The translations under genes and the position numbers were made by a program. This document shows, in pieces, positions 10,024 to 20,393 of a stretch of DNA of 64,000 nucleotides; the stretch's first letter is position 1; the number at the start of each line of letters is the position of its first letter. The notes beneath the pieces were generated by a model, which saw only the letters and a program-made list of their open reading frames with translations, was not told the DNA's origin and did not search any database. The DNA is from Candidatus Omnitrophota bacterium (GTDB taxonomy: Bacteria; Omnitrophota; Gorgyraeia; Zapsychrales; Zapsychraceae). The stretch is from assembly GCA_029261055.1 (NCBI GenBank), contig JAJDCA010000065.1, positions 9,581-73,580 of the forward strand, written 5' to 3'.

Positions 10024-11658
10024 TTATTGTACGACAGGCTCCTCAGAATATAACTCTTTCCGCTGTTTCTTAACGTCTTCATTCATCAAATATTCATCAA
10101 GAGTTGTATCCGGCTTGTCAATAATGCCGTTAGGGGTGAGTTCAATAATGCGGTTGGCAATGGTTTGAACGAACTGGTGATCATGAGAGGAAAAGAATAC
10201 TGTACCACGAAATTTTTCAAGGCCTTCATTTAAAGCCGTAATAGACTCTAAATCCAAATGATTGGTCGGCTCATCCAAAATGAGAACATTAGCTTCCGTA
10301 TTCATCATCTTAGATAACATACAGCGTACTTTTTCACCACCGGAAAGAACGCCAACCTTCTTAAGCGTTTCTTCTCCTGAAAAAAGCATGCGCCCTAAAA
10401 AACCTCGCACAAAATTCTCATCAGAATCTTTAGAATACTGTCGCAACCAATCAATAAGATTTAAATCTTTTTCAAAATATTTTTTATTATCTTTTGGGAA
10501 ATAAGATCGTGTGGTTGTAATACCCCACTTTAAATTCCCTGTATCCGGGGCCAACTCCTCAGCAAGAATTTGAAAAAGCGTTGTTTTAGCCAAATCATTA
10601 CGCCCCATAAAGGCAATTTTGTCCCCACGATGAACCGTTAAATTTAAATTTTGAAACATATCAATATCGTTAACGGTCTTGCCCAACTTATTAAGTTCCA
10701 AAAGATCATTACCGGCGTCTCTTGCAGGTGTAAACATAATATGCGGATATTTCCTTGAGGAAGGTTTAATATCGTCCAGCGTCAATTTTTCTAAAACTTT
10801 TTTACGGGCAGTTGCCTGGCGAGACTTTGATGCATTCGCGCTAAAACGTGCGACAAAATTTTGCAATTCTTTTCTTTTATCTTCAACCTTTTTATTCGCA
10901 TCAGACCTTTGGCGCTGGGCTAACTGGCTTGATGCGGACCAAAAAGAATAATTCCCAGGGAACAACTGAATTTTCCCGAAATCAATATCGGCAATATGCG
11001 TACATACTTTGTCAAGGAAATGCCTATCATGCGAAACCACAATAGCCGTGTTTTCAAAATTATAGAGAAATTCTTCAAGCCACATCGACGTTTCCATATC
11101 CAAATGATTTGTGGGCTCATCTAAAAGAAGAATATCCGGATTACCAAACAAGGCCTGCGCCAACAGAACACGCACTTTTTGGCTGGCTTCAAGCTGCTTC
11201 ATATTGACCTGATGTAAATCTTCGCTAATTCCCAAATCACTCAATAATTTCCCCGCATCAGACTCTGCGTTCCACCCATCCATTTCAGCAAATTCCCCTT
11301 CAAGCTCAGAAACACGAATACCGTCTTCATCCGAAAAATCCGGCTTGGCATACAAGGCATCCCGGTCATTCATTACCTGATAAAGCCTCTCATACCCCAT
11401 AAAAACCGTCATTAATACCGGATGCTCATCATACGCAAATTGATCCTGCTTCAACATAGAAAGACGCTCCCCCTTACTCACAGAAACCGAACCTGCGGTT
11501 GGATCAATTTCGCCGGAAAGAATTTTCAAGAAAGTTGATTTACCGGAACCGTTGGCCCCAATAAGCCCATAACAGTTCCCCTTTGAAAAGACAATATTTG
11601 CCTCTTCAAAAAGCCGCCGTTTACCGTATTGTAAAGTTACATTATTTGCTGAAATCAT
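10024..11658 (-). CDS. ABC-F family ribosome-associated ATPase (YbiT/YkpA-like)
   Basis: Two ABC domains (GANGSGKS, LLLDEPTNHLD; LSGGEK, LDEPTNHLD), no TM domain; start set to MISANNV behind AGGAG. Confidence 0.9.
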   Translation of the reverse strand: MISANNVTLQYGKRRLFEEANIVFSKGNCYGLIGANGSGKSTFLKILSGEIDPTAGSVSVSKGERLSMLKQDQFAYDEHPVLMTVFMGYERLYQVMNDRDALYAKPDFSDEDGIRVSELEGEFAEMDGWNAESDAGKLLSDLGISEDLHQVNMKQLEASQKVRVLLAQALFGNPDILLLDEPTNHLDMETSMWLEEFLYNFENTAIVVSHDRHFLDKVCTHIADIDFGKIQLFPGNYSFWSASSQLAQRQRSDANKKVEDKRKELQNFVARFSANASKSRQATARKKVLEKLTLDDIKPSSRKYPHIMFTPARDAGNDLLELNKLGKTVNDIDMFQNLNLTVHRGDKIAFMGRNDLAKTTLFQILAEELAPDTGNLKWGITTTRSYFPKDNKKYFEKDLNLIDWLRQYSKDSDENFVRGFLGRMLFSGEETLKKVGVLSGGEKVRCMLSKMMNTEANVLILDEPTNHLDLESITALNEGLEKFRGTVFFSSHDHQFVQTIANRIIELTPNGIIDKPDTTLDEYLMNEDVKKQRKELYSEEPVVQ

Positions 11659-11797
11659 ATTTTTAAATATCTCCTTTAAAGAGCGCGGATTATAACACAA
11701 ATTCAACAAGACGGAAAAAATATTTTTATACCCAGAAATTCTATCCATAAACTCTTCATCTTGACATGCGGATAAGCCTCTGCTAAATTACGTCACC

Positions 11798-12601
11798 ATG
11801 CCAATCATATCTGACTATCACATGCATACCCCCCTTTGCGGACACGCCGAAGGAGCCCCTTTTGAATACGCTGAACATGCTATTAAGATGGGACTTGAAG
11901 AAATTGGATTTTCTGATCATGCACCTTTTGTCGTTCGCGAATTACCAGGCATTACAATGAAACATGAAGAACTCCCTGATTATTATCGTATGATTGAAGA
12001 GGTTCGCGCGAAATATCAAAATCAATTACGCATTAAAATCGCTATTGAAGCTGATTTTGTCCCCGGATATGAAGATAAAACTAAAGCCCTCTTAGACGAC
12101 TACCCTTATGATTATGTCATTGGATCTGTGCATTACATCAAAAATTGGGGATTTGATAATCCGGATGAACGGAATAAATGGGATGATCAAAGTATCAATG
12201 CAGTGTATTGTGACTACTATGAACTTCTACGCCAAAGCGCTGAGTCTGGACTTTATGATATTATTGCACACCCTGACCTCGTCAAGAAATTTGGACATCG
12301 TGCTACAGAAGATATTTTAGAAGAAATTGAAAAAACAGCCAACACCTTTAAACAATGCGGTGTGGCCATTGAAATTAACACTTCAGGTCTGCGTAAACCC
12401 GTCAAAGAAATGTACCCTGCCCTCTCTAATCTTAAGATTTATGCAAAAGCCGGCGTCCCTCTAACTTTCGGTTCAGACTCACACCAACCCACGGATGTTG
12501 GCTGCGATTTTGATAAAGCCCTTGCCTTGGCTAAAGAAGCCGGTTACACAGAGTATGTCTTATTTAAAAACCGCAAAATCGAACGCACGATAAAATTATA
12601 A
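11798..12601 (+). CDS. PHP-family histidinol-phosphatase (HisJ/HisK-type)
   Basis: DYHMHT, SDHAP, GSVH, AHPDL, GSDSH metal-binding motifs. Confidence 0.88.
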   Translation: MPIISDYHMHTPLCGHAEGAPFEYAEHAIKMGLEEIGFSDHAPFVVRELPGITMKHEELPDYYRMIEEVRAKYQNQLRIKIAIEADFVPGYEDKTKALLDDYPYDYVIGSVHYIKNWGFDNPDERNKWDDQSINAVYCDYYELLRQSAESGLYDIIAHPDLVKKFGHRATEDILEEIEKTANTFKQCGVAIEINTSGLRKPVKEMYPALSNLKIYAKAGVPLTFGSDSHQPTDVGCDFDKALALAKEAGYTEYVLFKNRKIERTIKL

Positions 12602-12615
12602 AAAAGGATATTTCC

Positions 12616-13089
12616 ATGTCTAAAATCAAAGTTGGCAACAAAGCTCCAGATATCAACTTACCTGCCAGTAACGGCAAAAATGTTTCTCTCAAAGATTTTA
12701 AAGGTAAAACCAATGTGGTCTTGTATTTTTATCCTAAAGATGACACGCCTGGATGCACAACCCAAGCCTGCGCCTTCCGTGATAGCATCAAAGACATCGC
12801 CAAAAAAGAAACTGTCGTCTTAGGTGTCAGCCCTGACCCTGTCGACAAACACAATAAATTCATCGAAAAGTTCCAACTCCCCTTTATTCTTCTAAGTGAT
12901 ACAGAAAAGAAAACCTGCCAAAATTATGGCGTATGGGTTGAAAAAAGCATGTACGGCCGAAAATACATGGGCGTGGCGAGAACAACATTTGTGATTGATC
13001 AAGAAGGCACGCTCGTCAAAATATTTGAAAAAGTCAAACCCAAAGGGCATAACGAAGAAGTACTTGAATGTCTCAATACGCTTACTTAA
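12616..13089 (+). CDS. bcp: thioredoxin-dependent thiol peroxidase
   Basis: YFYPKDDTPGCTTQAC motif. Confidence 0.93.
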   Translation: MSKIKVGNKAPDINLPASNGKNVSLKDFKGKTNVVLYFYPKDDTPGCTTQACAFRDSIKDIAKKETVVLGVSPDPVDKHNKFIEKFQLPFILLSDTEKKTCQNYGVWVEKSMYGRKYMGVARTTFVIDQEGTLVKIFEKVKPKGHNEEVLECLNTLT

Positions 13090-14854
13090 AACGCGCCTCT
13101 AAATTTCTTATATAATTTTGGTCTATGGAATACCCTAACGATTTTGCATGTAAAGCATCTTCCAAAGCCTTTTGATAAGCACCGCTAGATTTATAAACAA
13201 CCGACCGATAAGAATAAACTTTTGCAAATCGTGAGTTAATACGCAAAGCAGAAGTAAAATCTTTCAAGGCTAGATCATATTGCTTAAGTATGTAAAAGAC
13301 AATCCCTCTATTGACATAAGTTTTCGCAAGCATTGGGTTCATTTTCAAAGCCTGAGTGTAATCCTTAATAGCTAAAGAATACTTGCCAGCAGCTTTGTAC
13401 AAATTCCCCCTATTATTTAAAATAAAATAATTCTCCTCTAAGGCTAACCCGCTATTGTAATCTTTAAGCGCCAGATCGTATTTCTTAAGATTCGCATAAA
13501 CGCCGCCCCTATTCGCATAAATTCTAGCACGCGTTGGATCTATCCTTAATGAAGCCGTAAAATCATCGATGGCAAGATTGTATTGTTTCTCCTTTACGAA
13601 ATAATTCCCACGATTATTGTAAGCTATACTCAAATTTGGATACTTTGCGAGAACATCATTCCATAACGTTAAACTATTTTTCCAAACGCCACACCTTTGA
13701 AAAGTTAAAAAAGAAAAAAAAGATACTACACAAATTAAAAATACAATTGCTGCATATTTCAATTGAGGTTTTTTATTGATCAATACGTTGTACCCTTGAC
13801 CAATAATAATAAACAATCCTAAAAAAGGAACATACGTAAATCGATCGGCTACAACAAATTTAATAGACGGCACAATCAAAACAATAAAGATTGTAGAAAT
13901 ATAAAAAAGAAACCCAAAAAGAATTTCTTTCGAAGTTTTACCTAATTTAACTATGAGATAAATGACAAAAAAAGAAATGAGCGGCGCAATGTAGATCTCC
14001 AGGGAAAATGAATTATTTATTTTCTGCGGATAAGGATAAAAACAAGAAAGATTAAATGGGAAAAAAAGCTTATAAATATACGTGTTAAACGCATAAGCAC
14101 TAAGTAGGATTTTTTCTAAGAAAAAATCTACCATGTTCATCTGCCATTTTCCGGCTAAACCTTGCGCCAATTGAAAAAACCCGAAAGAAAGCGAAATAAC
14201 AAAAAATGGAATTTTCTCAAATATAATTCTCGAACAAAATTTTCTTTTTAAGCAAAAATCAATATACAAAAGTATTACAGGAAGCGTTACCGCCATTACT
14301 TTAGAAAATACCGCGAGTAAAAATAATAGAAATGAGATTACAAAATATCTTTTTCTTAATTTTTCCCCGCTGCAATATAAGATGTAACTAATCAAAGAAC
14401 TAAAATAAAAAAAGGCATACAAAACATCTTTACGTTCTGAAATCCAGGCAACTGATTCAACATGCATGGGATGCACTCCAAACAAAATCGATGCAATCAA
14501 TGCGATGTCTAGTTTTTTGAATAGCAAAAAAATAAAAATGAATGCGAGTATTGTATTGAAAAGATGAAGAATTAGGTTATTGAGGTGAAATATCTTAGGA
14601 TTCAAACCGAAAAAATGATGCTCGAATGCGAATGAAGTTAATGTGAGCGGCATATAACCAGGTTTTTTAAGGCTTATTCCGCTAAAAAAGCTTTTTAGAT
14701 TATTTACAGATAAGCTTTTTATAGAATCATTTTGTGTGACATACGCAGGATCGTCAAAATTAGTAAAATCATTATTAATGGAAGGAAGGAACGCAACGGT
14801 TGTAAGGATTGTAATAAGCAGCAGTGAAGTTAGTATTTTCTTTATTTCAAACAA
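13082..14854 (-). CDS. TMTC-like membrane glycosyltransferase with C-terminal TPR repeats
   Basis: FDD, HPMHVESVAWISERKD, ADRFTYVP, W.NSLTLW motifs followed by TPRs. Confidence 0.82.
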   Translation of the reverse strand: MFEIKKILTSLLLITILTTVAFLPSINNDFTNFDDPAYVTQNDSIKSLSVNNLKSFFSGISLKKPGYMPLTLTSFAFEHHFFGLNPKIFHLNNLILHLFNTILAFIFIFLLFKKLDIALIASILFGVHPMHVESVAWISERKDVLYAFFYFSSLISYILYCSGEKLRKRYFVISFLLFLLAVFSKVMAVTLPVILLYIDFCLKRKFCSRIIFEKIPFFVISLSFGFFQLAQGLAGKWQMNMVDFFLEKILLSAYAFNTYIYKLFFPFNLSCFYPYPQKINNSFSLEIYIAPLISFFVIYLIVKLGKTSKEILFGFLFYISTIFIVLIVPSIKFVVADRFTYVPFLGLFIIIGQGYNVLINKKPQLKYAAIVFLICVVSFFSFLTFQRCGVWKNSLTLWNDVLAKYPNLSIAYNNRGNYFVKEKQYNLAIDDFTASLRIDPTRARIYANRGGVYANLKKYDLALKDYNSGLALEENYFILNNRGNLYKAAGKYSLAIKDYTQALKMNPMLAKTYVNRGIVFYILKQYDLALKDFTSALRINSRFAKVYSYRSVVYKSSGAYQKALEDALHAKSLGYSIDQNYIRNLEARFK

Positions 14855-14893
14855 TTATTATTCCCAATTCCTGCCGTTCCTACACATAAAAGA

Positions 14894-16105
14894 TCATTGT
14901 GAATATCTTTTTTGAATATATTCTTCTAAAATATTCGTAAATTCTTCTTTGATCTTTTTCCCTTTAAGTGTGATCATTTGATGACCGTCGGCATAGACAG
15001 GGGCAATGGGTTGTTCGGAGGTTCCAGGCAGGCTGATGCCGATGTCGGCGTGGCGACTTTCACCAGGGCCATTAACTACGCAACCCATGACGGCAACTTT
15101 TAATTTTTCCACACCGGGGTACTGCTTTTTCCATATCGGCATATTTTGTTGAATATATGTAGTGATATCTTGTGCAAGCTCTTGGAAGTAAGTGCTACTG
15201 GTTCGTCCACAGCCAGGACAGCTGGTGACACTGGGAGCAAAATAACGTAGCCCCAGGGATTGTAGTAAAGCCTTACAAACTTCGACTTCACGTGCACGTT
15301 TGACGTTGGGTTGCGGTGTGAGTGAAACACGAATGGTATCGCCTATACCCTGCTGCAATAAAATAGCTAACGCCGCAGAACTAGCAGAAACCCCCTGAAT
15401 GTCACCTCCCGCTTCCGTCAATCCCAAATGAAGAGCATAATCACACTGTTGCGCAAGTCGCGCATAAACAGTCACCATATCCTGTAATACAGACATCTTA
15501 ACACTCAGAACAATTTTATCTTTTTTAAGTCCGATTTTCTCCGCACAGGCTGCGCTGGTCAAAGCACTTTGAATCATAACTGCATACATCACTTCCTGCA
15601 ATTCTTTAGGTTCATTGTGTTGCGCATTTTGATCCATCAATTCGGCTAAAAGCTCCTGGTCCAAAGATCCCCAATTCACGCCAATACGTACGGCCTTATC
15701 ATGCTCAATCGCTATTTTGATAATCTGCGCAAAATTATTATCATGCCGCTCTCCCTTACCAACATTGCCAGGATTAATACGATATTTGTCCAAGGCCTTA
15801 GCGCACGCTTCATTTTTCCCTAATAAAATATGGCCATTAAAATGAAAATCCCCTATGATCGGTGTCGCATATCCCGCAGCCCTCAGGCGCCCGATAATTT
15901 CCGGGGCAGCAGATGCAGCCTTATCATCATTGATCGTCCAGCGTACCATCTCACTGCCAGCTTCAATTAACTCAACCGTCTGCTGATAGGTAGCCTCTTG
16001 ATCAGCCGTTGGTGTATTGGTCATAGATTGCACTACCACCGGATGCCCCTGCCCCATGCTGACGGAGCCAATTTTTACTGCAGGTGTTTTTCTTCGTATT
16101 TTCAT
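14894..16105 (-). CDS. ispG: (E)-4-hydroxy-3-methylbut-2-enyl-diphosphate synthase
   Basis: VQSMTNT, RINPGNV, CPGCGRT, MGCVVNGPGE. Confidence 0.96.
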   Translation of the reverse strand: MKIRRKTPAVKIGSVSMGQGHPVVVQSMTNTPTADQEATYQQTVELIEAGSEMVRWTINDDKAASAAPEIIGRLRAAGYATPIIGDFHFNGHILLGKNEACAKALDKYRINPGNVGKGERHDNNFAQIIKIAIEHDKAVRIGVNWGSLDQELLAELMDQNAQHNEPKELQEVMYAVMIQSALTSAACAEKIGLKKDKIVLSVKMSVLQDMVTVYARLAQQCDYALHLGLTEAGGDIQGVSASSAALAILLQQGIGDTIRVSLTPQPNVKRAREVEVCKALLQSLGLRYFAPSVTSCPGCGRTSSTYFQELAQDITTYIQQNMPIWKKQYPGVEKLKVAVMGCVVNGPGESRHADIGISLPGTSEQPIAPVYADGHQMITLKGKKIKEEFTNILEEYIQKRYSQ

Positions 16106-16186
16106 ATTCAACTTTTATAATTTACTATTGAAAAAATCATGTTATAATTACGCCCGATTATAGGGTATAGGTTTTAATATTGCAAT

Positions 16187-17107
16187 ATGGAAATATATCT
16201 CGCTAAAACTCAGGGCTTTTGTGCCGGCGTTTCTTTTGCCGTGGACATCGTTGAAAAAACGCTTGAAAAATACGGCGCCCCCCTTTATGTGTATCACGAA
16301 ATTGTTCACAACACCTGCGTTGTCGAAAGTTTTAAAAAACGTGGCGCTGTTTTTGTTGAACATATCACAGATATTCCCGAAGGAGAACGCATTATCTTAA
16401 GTGCCCATGGCGTCCCCCCTTCTGTTATCCGTAAAGCTGCCGAAAAACATTTAAAAGTTATCGATGCCACCTGCCCTTTAGTAACCAAAGTTCACAATGA
16501 AGCTGTAAAATTCTCTGAACTTAATTATCAAATTATCCTCATCGGGCACAAAGGACATCAAGAGCTCATCGGCACGGCTGGTTATGTTAACCCAGACCTT
16601 TTACATATCGTTGAAAAAGAAGAAGACATCGAAAACCTCAACATTGATCTCAAAGCACAGGTTGCTTACATCACACAGACTACCCTTTCGGTCGACGACA
16701 CAACAGCCATGATTGAAAAACTTAAAAACAAATTTCCTAATCTGATTGCCCCTCCTCGCTCTGATCTCTGTTACGCAACTCAAAACCGACAAGATGCGGT
16801 TAAAGATCTGGCGACAGTTTGCGATGTGATTATTGTCTGCGGCTCCCCAAATAGTTCGAATAGTAACCGCCTCAGAGAGACGGGTGAAAAATCAGGGATC
16901 CCAAGTTATATTATTGATAATGTTGATCAACTGGATATGAGCATCCTAAAAGGTAAAAAGAAAATTGGCATAAGTTCTGGAGCTTCTGTACCACGAATTA
17001 TTGTGGAAAAATTAGTTGAACGCATTCAAAAAGAATTCTCAAATACAGATGTCCATAATTTTGACAACCCGGAAAAAAATATTGTCTTTGCTTTACCAGA
17101 AATTTGA
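16187..17107 (+). CDS. ispH: 4-hydroxy-3-methylbut-2-enyl diphosphate reductase
   Basis: GFCAGV, HEIVHN, DATCPLV, CYATQNRQ, SSNS. Confidence 0.96.
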   Translation: MEIYLAKTQGFCAGVSFAVDIVEKTLEKYGAPLYVYHEIVHNTCVVESFKKRGAVFVEHITDIPEGERIILSAHGVPPSVIRKAAEKHLKVIDATCPLVTKVHNEAVKFSELNYQIILIGHKGHQELIGTAGYVNPDLLHIVEKEEDIENLNIDLKAQVAYITQTTLSVDDTTAMIEKLKNKFPNLIAPPRSDLCYATQNRQDAVKDLATVCDVIIVCGSPNSSNSNRLRETGEKSGIPSYIIDNVDQLDMSILKGKKKIGISSGASVPRIIVEKLVERIQKEFSNTDVHNFDNPEKNIVFALPEI

Positions 17108-17115
17108 TACATGCC

Positions 17116-17370
17116 ATGGCAAAATTACTTATAAATAATTCAGAACACGAAATTCCAGACGGCGCACGTATTGATGAAACATGCGAAAATGCTGGCATAC
17201 CTTTTAGTTGTAACACTGGCGTTTGCGCAACCTGTCAAATCCTAATCCTTGAAGGCCACGACAATCTCGGCGAACTTACCGAGGAGGAAGTCGATTTAGA
17301 CATGGACCGCGATACACGCTTAGCCTGCCAATGCATCATTAAAAGCGGCACGGTTAAAGTGAGCTACTAA
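17116..17370 (+). CDS. [2Fe-2S] ferredoxin
   Basis: C-x4-C-x2-C (CNTGVCATC) plus RLACQ. Confidence 0.9.
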   Translation: MAKLLINNSEHEIPDGARIDETCENAGIPFSCNTGVCATCQILILEGHDNLGELTEEEVDLDMDRDTRLACQCIIKSGTVKVSY

Positions 17371-17828
17371 TGTTTGCCATTTCCTCAACACCTCTAGAAG
17401 ATATTCATCTCAAAGAAGGCCTTATCTCAGACCGCGCCGGTGCCCTCAGCATCTTTGAAGGACTTGTGCGTAATCACAATGAAGGAAAAGAAGTCCATGC
17501 CCTCGAATATGAGGCAGCCACATCCCTTTGCGAAAAAGAAGCTCAAAAAGTATTAACCGAAGTTACAGAAAAGTTTGATATCCTCCATACGAAATGCATC
17601 CACCGCGTTGGTAAATTAGCGATTGGTGAAATGGCTGTTTGGGTAGGCGTAACAGCCGCCCATCGCGATGAAGCTTTTTTAGCCTGCCGTTACATCATTG
17701 ATGAAATCAAAATCCGATTACCTATTTGGAAAAAAGAATATTACGTCGATGGAAATGCAGAATGGGTTAATTGCCAGGCCTGCGCAAACCATAAACATGA
17801 AAAACACCAAGATAGCCCCTCTGTGTAA
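17370..17828 (+). CDS. moaE: molybdopterin synthase catalytic subunit
   Basis: FEGLVRNHN, LEYEA, HRVG.L, AAHR..AF, PIWKKE. Confidence 0.9.
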   Translation: MFAISSTPLEDIHLKEGLISDRAGALSIFEGLVRNHNEGKEVHALEYEAATSLCEKEAQKVLTEVTEKFDILHTKCIHRVGKLAIGEMAVWVGVTAAHRDEAFLACRYIIDEIKIRLPIWKKEYYVDGNAEWVNCQACANHKHEKHQDSPSV

Positions 17829-18753
17829 AATACAGGATAATGCACGCCTATCCTCTTTCACAACTTTCCAACTAGGCGGTCCTTGCCGTGGGCTAATAAC
17901 TTGCCAAACACCAGAACAGCTGCAACAATCCGTCCTTAATATGATCAATCAAAATCATCCATTTATTCTCATCGGAGGAGGATCCAACATTGTTGTTTCA
18001 GATAAAGGATTAAATTGTTACGTTATTCGTTACCTCACCGACATCCCTATTATCGAACATCATGGCAATGAACTCATTGTCTCAGGAAGTACAAAGTTGG
18101 ATACCTTAGCTGAACATGCGGCTGAAGCTGGACTCGAAGGACTTAATTACACAAGTGGCATTCCGGGAACCGTTGGTGGCGCTATTGCAGGAAATGCCGG
18201 AGCCTTTGGACAACAAATCGGCGATGTTGTTACCTCTGCTGATTTAATTTCTTTACATGGTAAAAATAACACCGTCCCAGGGTCATCTTTACAATTTTCT
18301 TATCGCCACTCCTGCCTTAAAGAAACCAATGATATCGTATCTTCTGTTTGTTTAAACTTAAAATCCGGTCATAAAAAGACCTTACAAAAAGAACGTATTG
18401 ACATCCTAAAACTTCGCCACGAAAAACACCCTGACCTTTTTACCCAACCATGCGCCGGAAGTTTTTTCCGCAATATTGAACCCTCTTCTAAAGCTGAAAA
18501 ACGACAGGCTGCTGGTTGGTTTTTAGAGCAAACCGGTGTCAAAACATTCGCATGTGGTGGTGCCAAAATTTTTGAAAAACATGCTAACATTATCATCAAA
18601 AATGACAACGGCACAGCTCAAAATGTATTTGATCTTTCCCAAAAAATGGCTCAAGCCGTTAGAAATCAATTTAATATTGATCTCATCCGTGAAGTCCGCT
18701 TTGCAGGCCCCTTTGACAACATGCCACCCAATATTCACAATATCCTATGGTAG
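17797..18753 (+). CDS. murB: UDP-N-acetylmuramate dehydrogenase
   Basis: GGGSN, GIPGTVGGA..NAGA, FSYRHS, AGSFFRN, HANII. Confidence 0.9.
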   Translation: MKNTKIAPLCKIQDNARLSSFTTFQLGGPCRGLITCQTPEQLQQSVLNMINQNHPFILIGGGSNIVVSDKGLNCYVIRYLTDIPIIEHHGNELIVSGSTKLDTLAEHAAEAGLEGLNYTSGIPGTVGGAIAGNAGAFGQQIGDVVTSADLISLHGKNNTVPGSSLQFSYRHSCLKETNDIVSSVCLNLKSGHKKTLQKERIDILKLRHEKHPDLFTQPCAGSFFRNIEPSSKAEKRQAAGWFLEQTGVKTFACGGAKIFEKHANIIIKNDNGTAQNVFDLSQKMAQAVRNQFNIDLIREVRFAGPFDNMPPNIHNILW

Positions 18754-18826
18754 ATAAGTGGCACGATCTTAAAAAATATTGTATACTTCAAATGTACTCA
18801 AATTAATCTATTAAAGGAGTTTAATA

Positions 18827-19342
18827 ATGAAAAAATTAATCCTAGCCCTAATTGTGGCCATAGCCACAGGATTCACATCCCTATCCTATGCCCAAGAAAC
18901 CAAAACTATTACACTGACAGACGGCTCAAATCTCAAAGGCCAAGTCGTTTCATTTGAAAATGATGTTTATACAATTGAAACGCCCCATTTGGGTGAAATT
19001 GAAATTGATGACGCCGATATCCTCAGCATAAATGCCGGAAATGCTCTGCCGACACAAAACACGCCTAACAATGACCCATCATCCTCAAGAGATGCGCAGT
19101 TAAAAAATCAAGTCATGCAAATCCAAAGCAGTGTAATGTCCGACCCTTCCCTAATGGAAGATATTGAAGGGTTATTGGAAGATGAAGGTATTCGATCTAT
19201 TCTTGCTGATCAAAATTTTGTCAATGATGTCATGAGCTATGACATGAACAAAATCGAGCAAAATTCCAATACACAAGAGTTAATGCAAAATCCCTCGATC
19301 CAGGCATTAATGGAAAAAATCAATCAGAAAGTGGCCCCGTAA
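18827..19342 (+). CDS. hypothetical exported protein
   Basis: AAGGAG RBS, signal peptide, LTDGS.LKG.V beta motif and helical C-terminus. Confidence 0.7.
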   Translation: MKKLILALIVAIATGFTSLSYAQETKTITLTDGSNLKGQVVSFENDVYTIETPHLGEIEIDDADILSINAGNALPTQNTPNNDPSSSRDAQLKNQVMQIQSSVMSDPSLMEDIEGLLEDEGIRSILADQNFVNDVMSYDMNKIEQNSNTQELMQNPSIQALMEKINQKVAP

Positions 19343-19357
19343 GAAATTAAGTAGAAA

Positions 19358-20392
19358 TTACTTTTTCTTAATTCGTAACTGCCCGCAAGCGGCAGCAATG
19401 TCTTGTCCACGAGGACTGCGGATAGTGGCATGAATTCCAAAACTTTTTAACTGATCACGAAATTTAAACATATCTTGACGTGATGGCGTTTTATGATTGA
19501 ACTCTAAGACGGGATTATAAGGTATAAGGTTCATCTTACAAATCAACCCTTTGAATGCTTTTTTTAAAGCTTTAATTGCTTTTTCTGAGCACGTCACACC
19601 TTTAATAAGGATATATTCAAATGTAATCTGTCTACGATAATTCCTTTGATAATCTTTACAGGCTTGAATCAAATCATCGAAGGGATACTTCTTGTTAACT
19701 GGCATAAGGACATCTCTAGATTCATTATCATATCCGTGCAAAGAAATGGCTAATTCAATCTGAAGTCCTTCTCTTCCCAATTGTAAAATGTTTGGAATAA
19801 CCCCGCATGTAGAAACTGTTATCCTTCGCGCCCCGATGTTAATGCCTTTTTTATGATTAATAATCCGAATTGCTTTCATCAAATTTGAAAAATTATCCAG
19901 CGGCTCTCCCACCCCCATAAAAACAATATGCGACAATGGATTATCATGTTTTTGAGCCTCTTCTTTGACGTACAATACTTGATTCATTATTTCAGCGACC
20001 GAAAGATTTCTCTTCCAACCACCAATACCACTGGCACAGAATTTACAACCAAACTTACACCCTGCCTGAGTCGAAATACATACCGTTGTCCTACTTTTAA
20101 CGGGAATAAGCACTGTCTCAATTTTCTCATTATCATTAAGATCAAATAAAATTTTCGTTGTACCATCAGAAGAAATTTGCTTTTCTCCTACTTTTGGCTC
20201 AAAAAATACAAAATCTGATTGTAATCGCTTTTGGAGATGAGAAGAAAGATTGGTCATCTGAGAAAAATGTTTAACCTGCTTCTGATAAATCCATTCAAAT
20301 ATCTGACCTGCCCGAAACGCAGATTCCCCGATGGATTTCATGTACGCCAATAATTCTTCATAGGAAAAATTTCTAATATCAGGGAGGGACAT
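19358..20392 (-). CDS. rlmN: 23S rRNA/tRNA m2A methyltransferase
   Basis: CISTQAGCKFGCKFC, MGVGEP, IAAACGQL. Confidence 0.95.
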   Translation of the reverse strand: MSLPDIRNFSYEELLAYMKSIGESAFRAGQIFEWIYQKQVKHFSQMTNLSSHLQKRLQSDFVFFEPKVGEKQISSDGTTKILFDLNDNEKIETVLIPVKSRTTVCISTQAGCKFGCKFCASGIGGWKRNLSVAEIMNQVLYVKEEAQKHDNPLSHIVFMGVGEPLDNFSNLMKAIRIINHKKGINIGARRITVSTCGVIPNILQLGREGLQIELAISLHGYDNESRDVLMPVNKKYPFDDLIQACKDYQRNYRRQITFEYILIKGVTCSEKAIKALKKAFKGLICKMNLIPYNPVLEFNHKTPSRQDMFKFRDQLKSFGIHATIRSPRGQDIAAACGQLRIKKK

Positions 20393-20393
20393 C

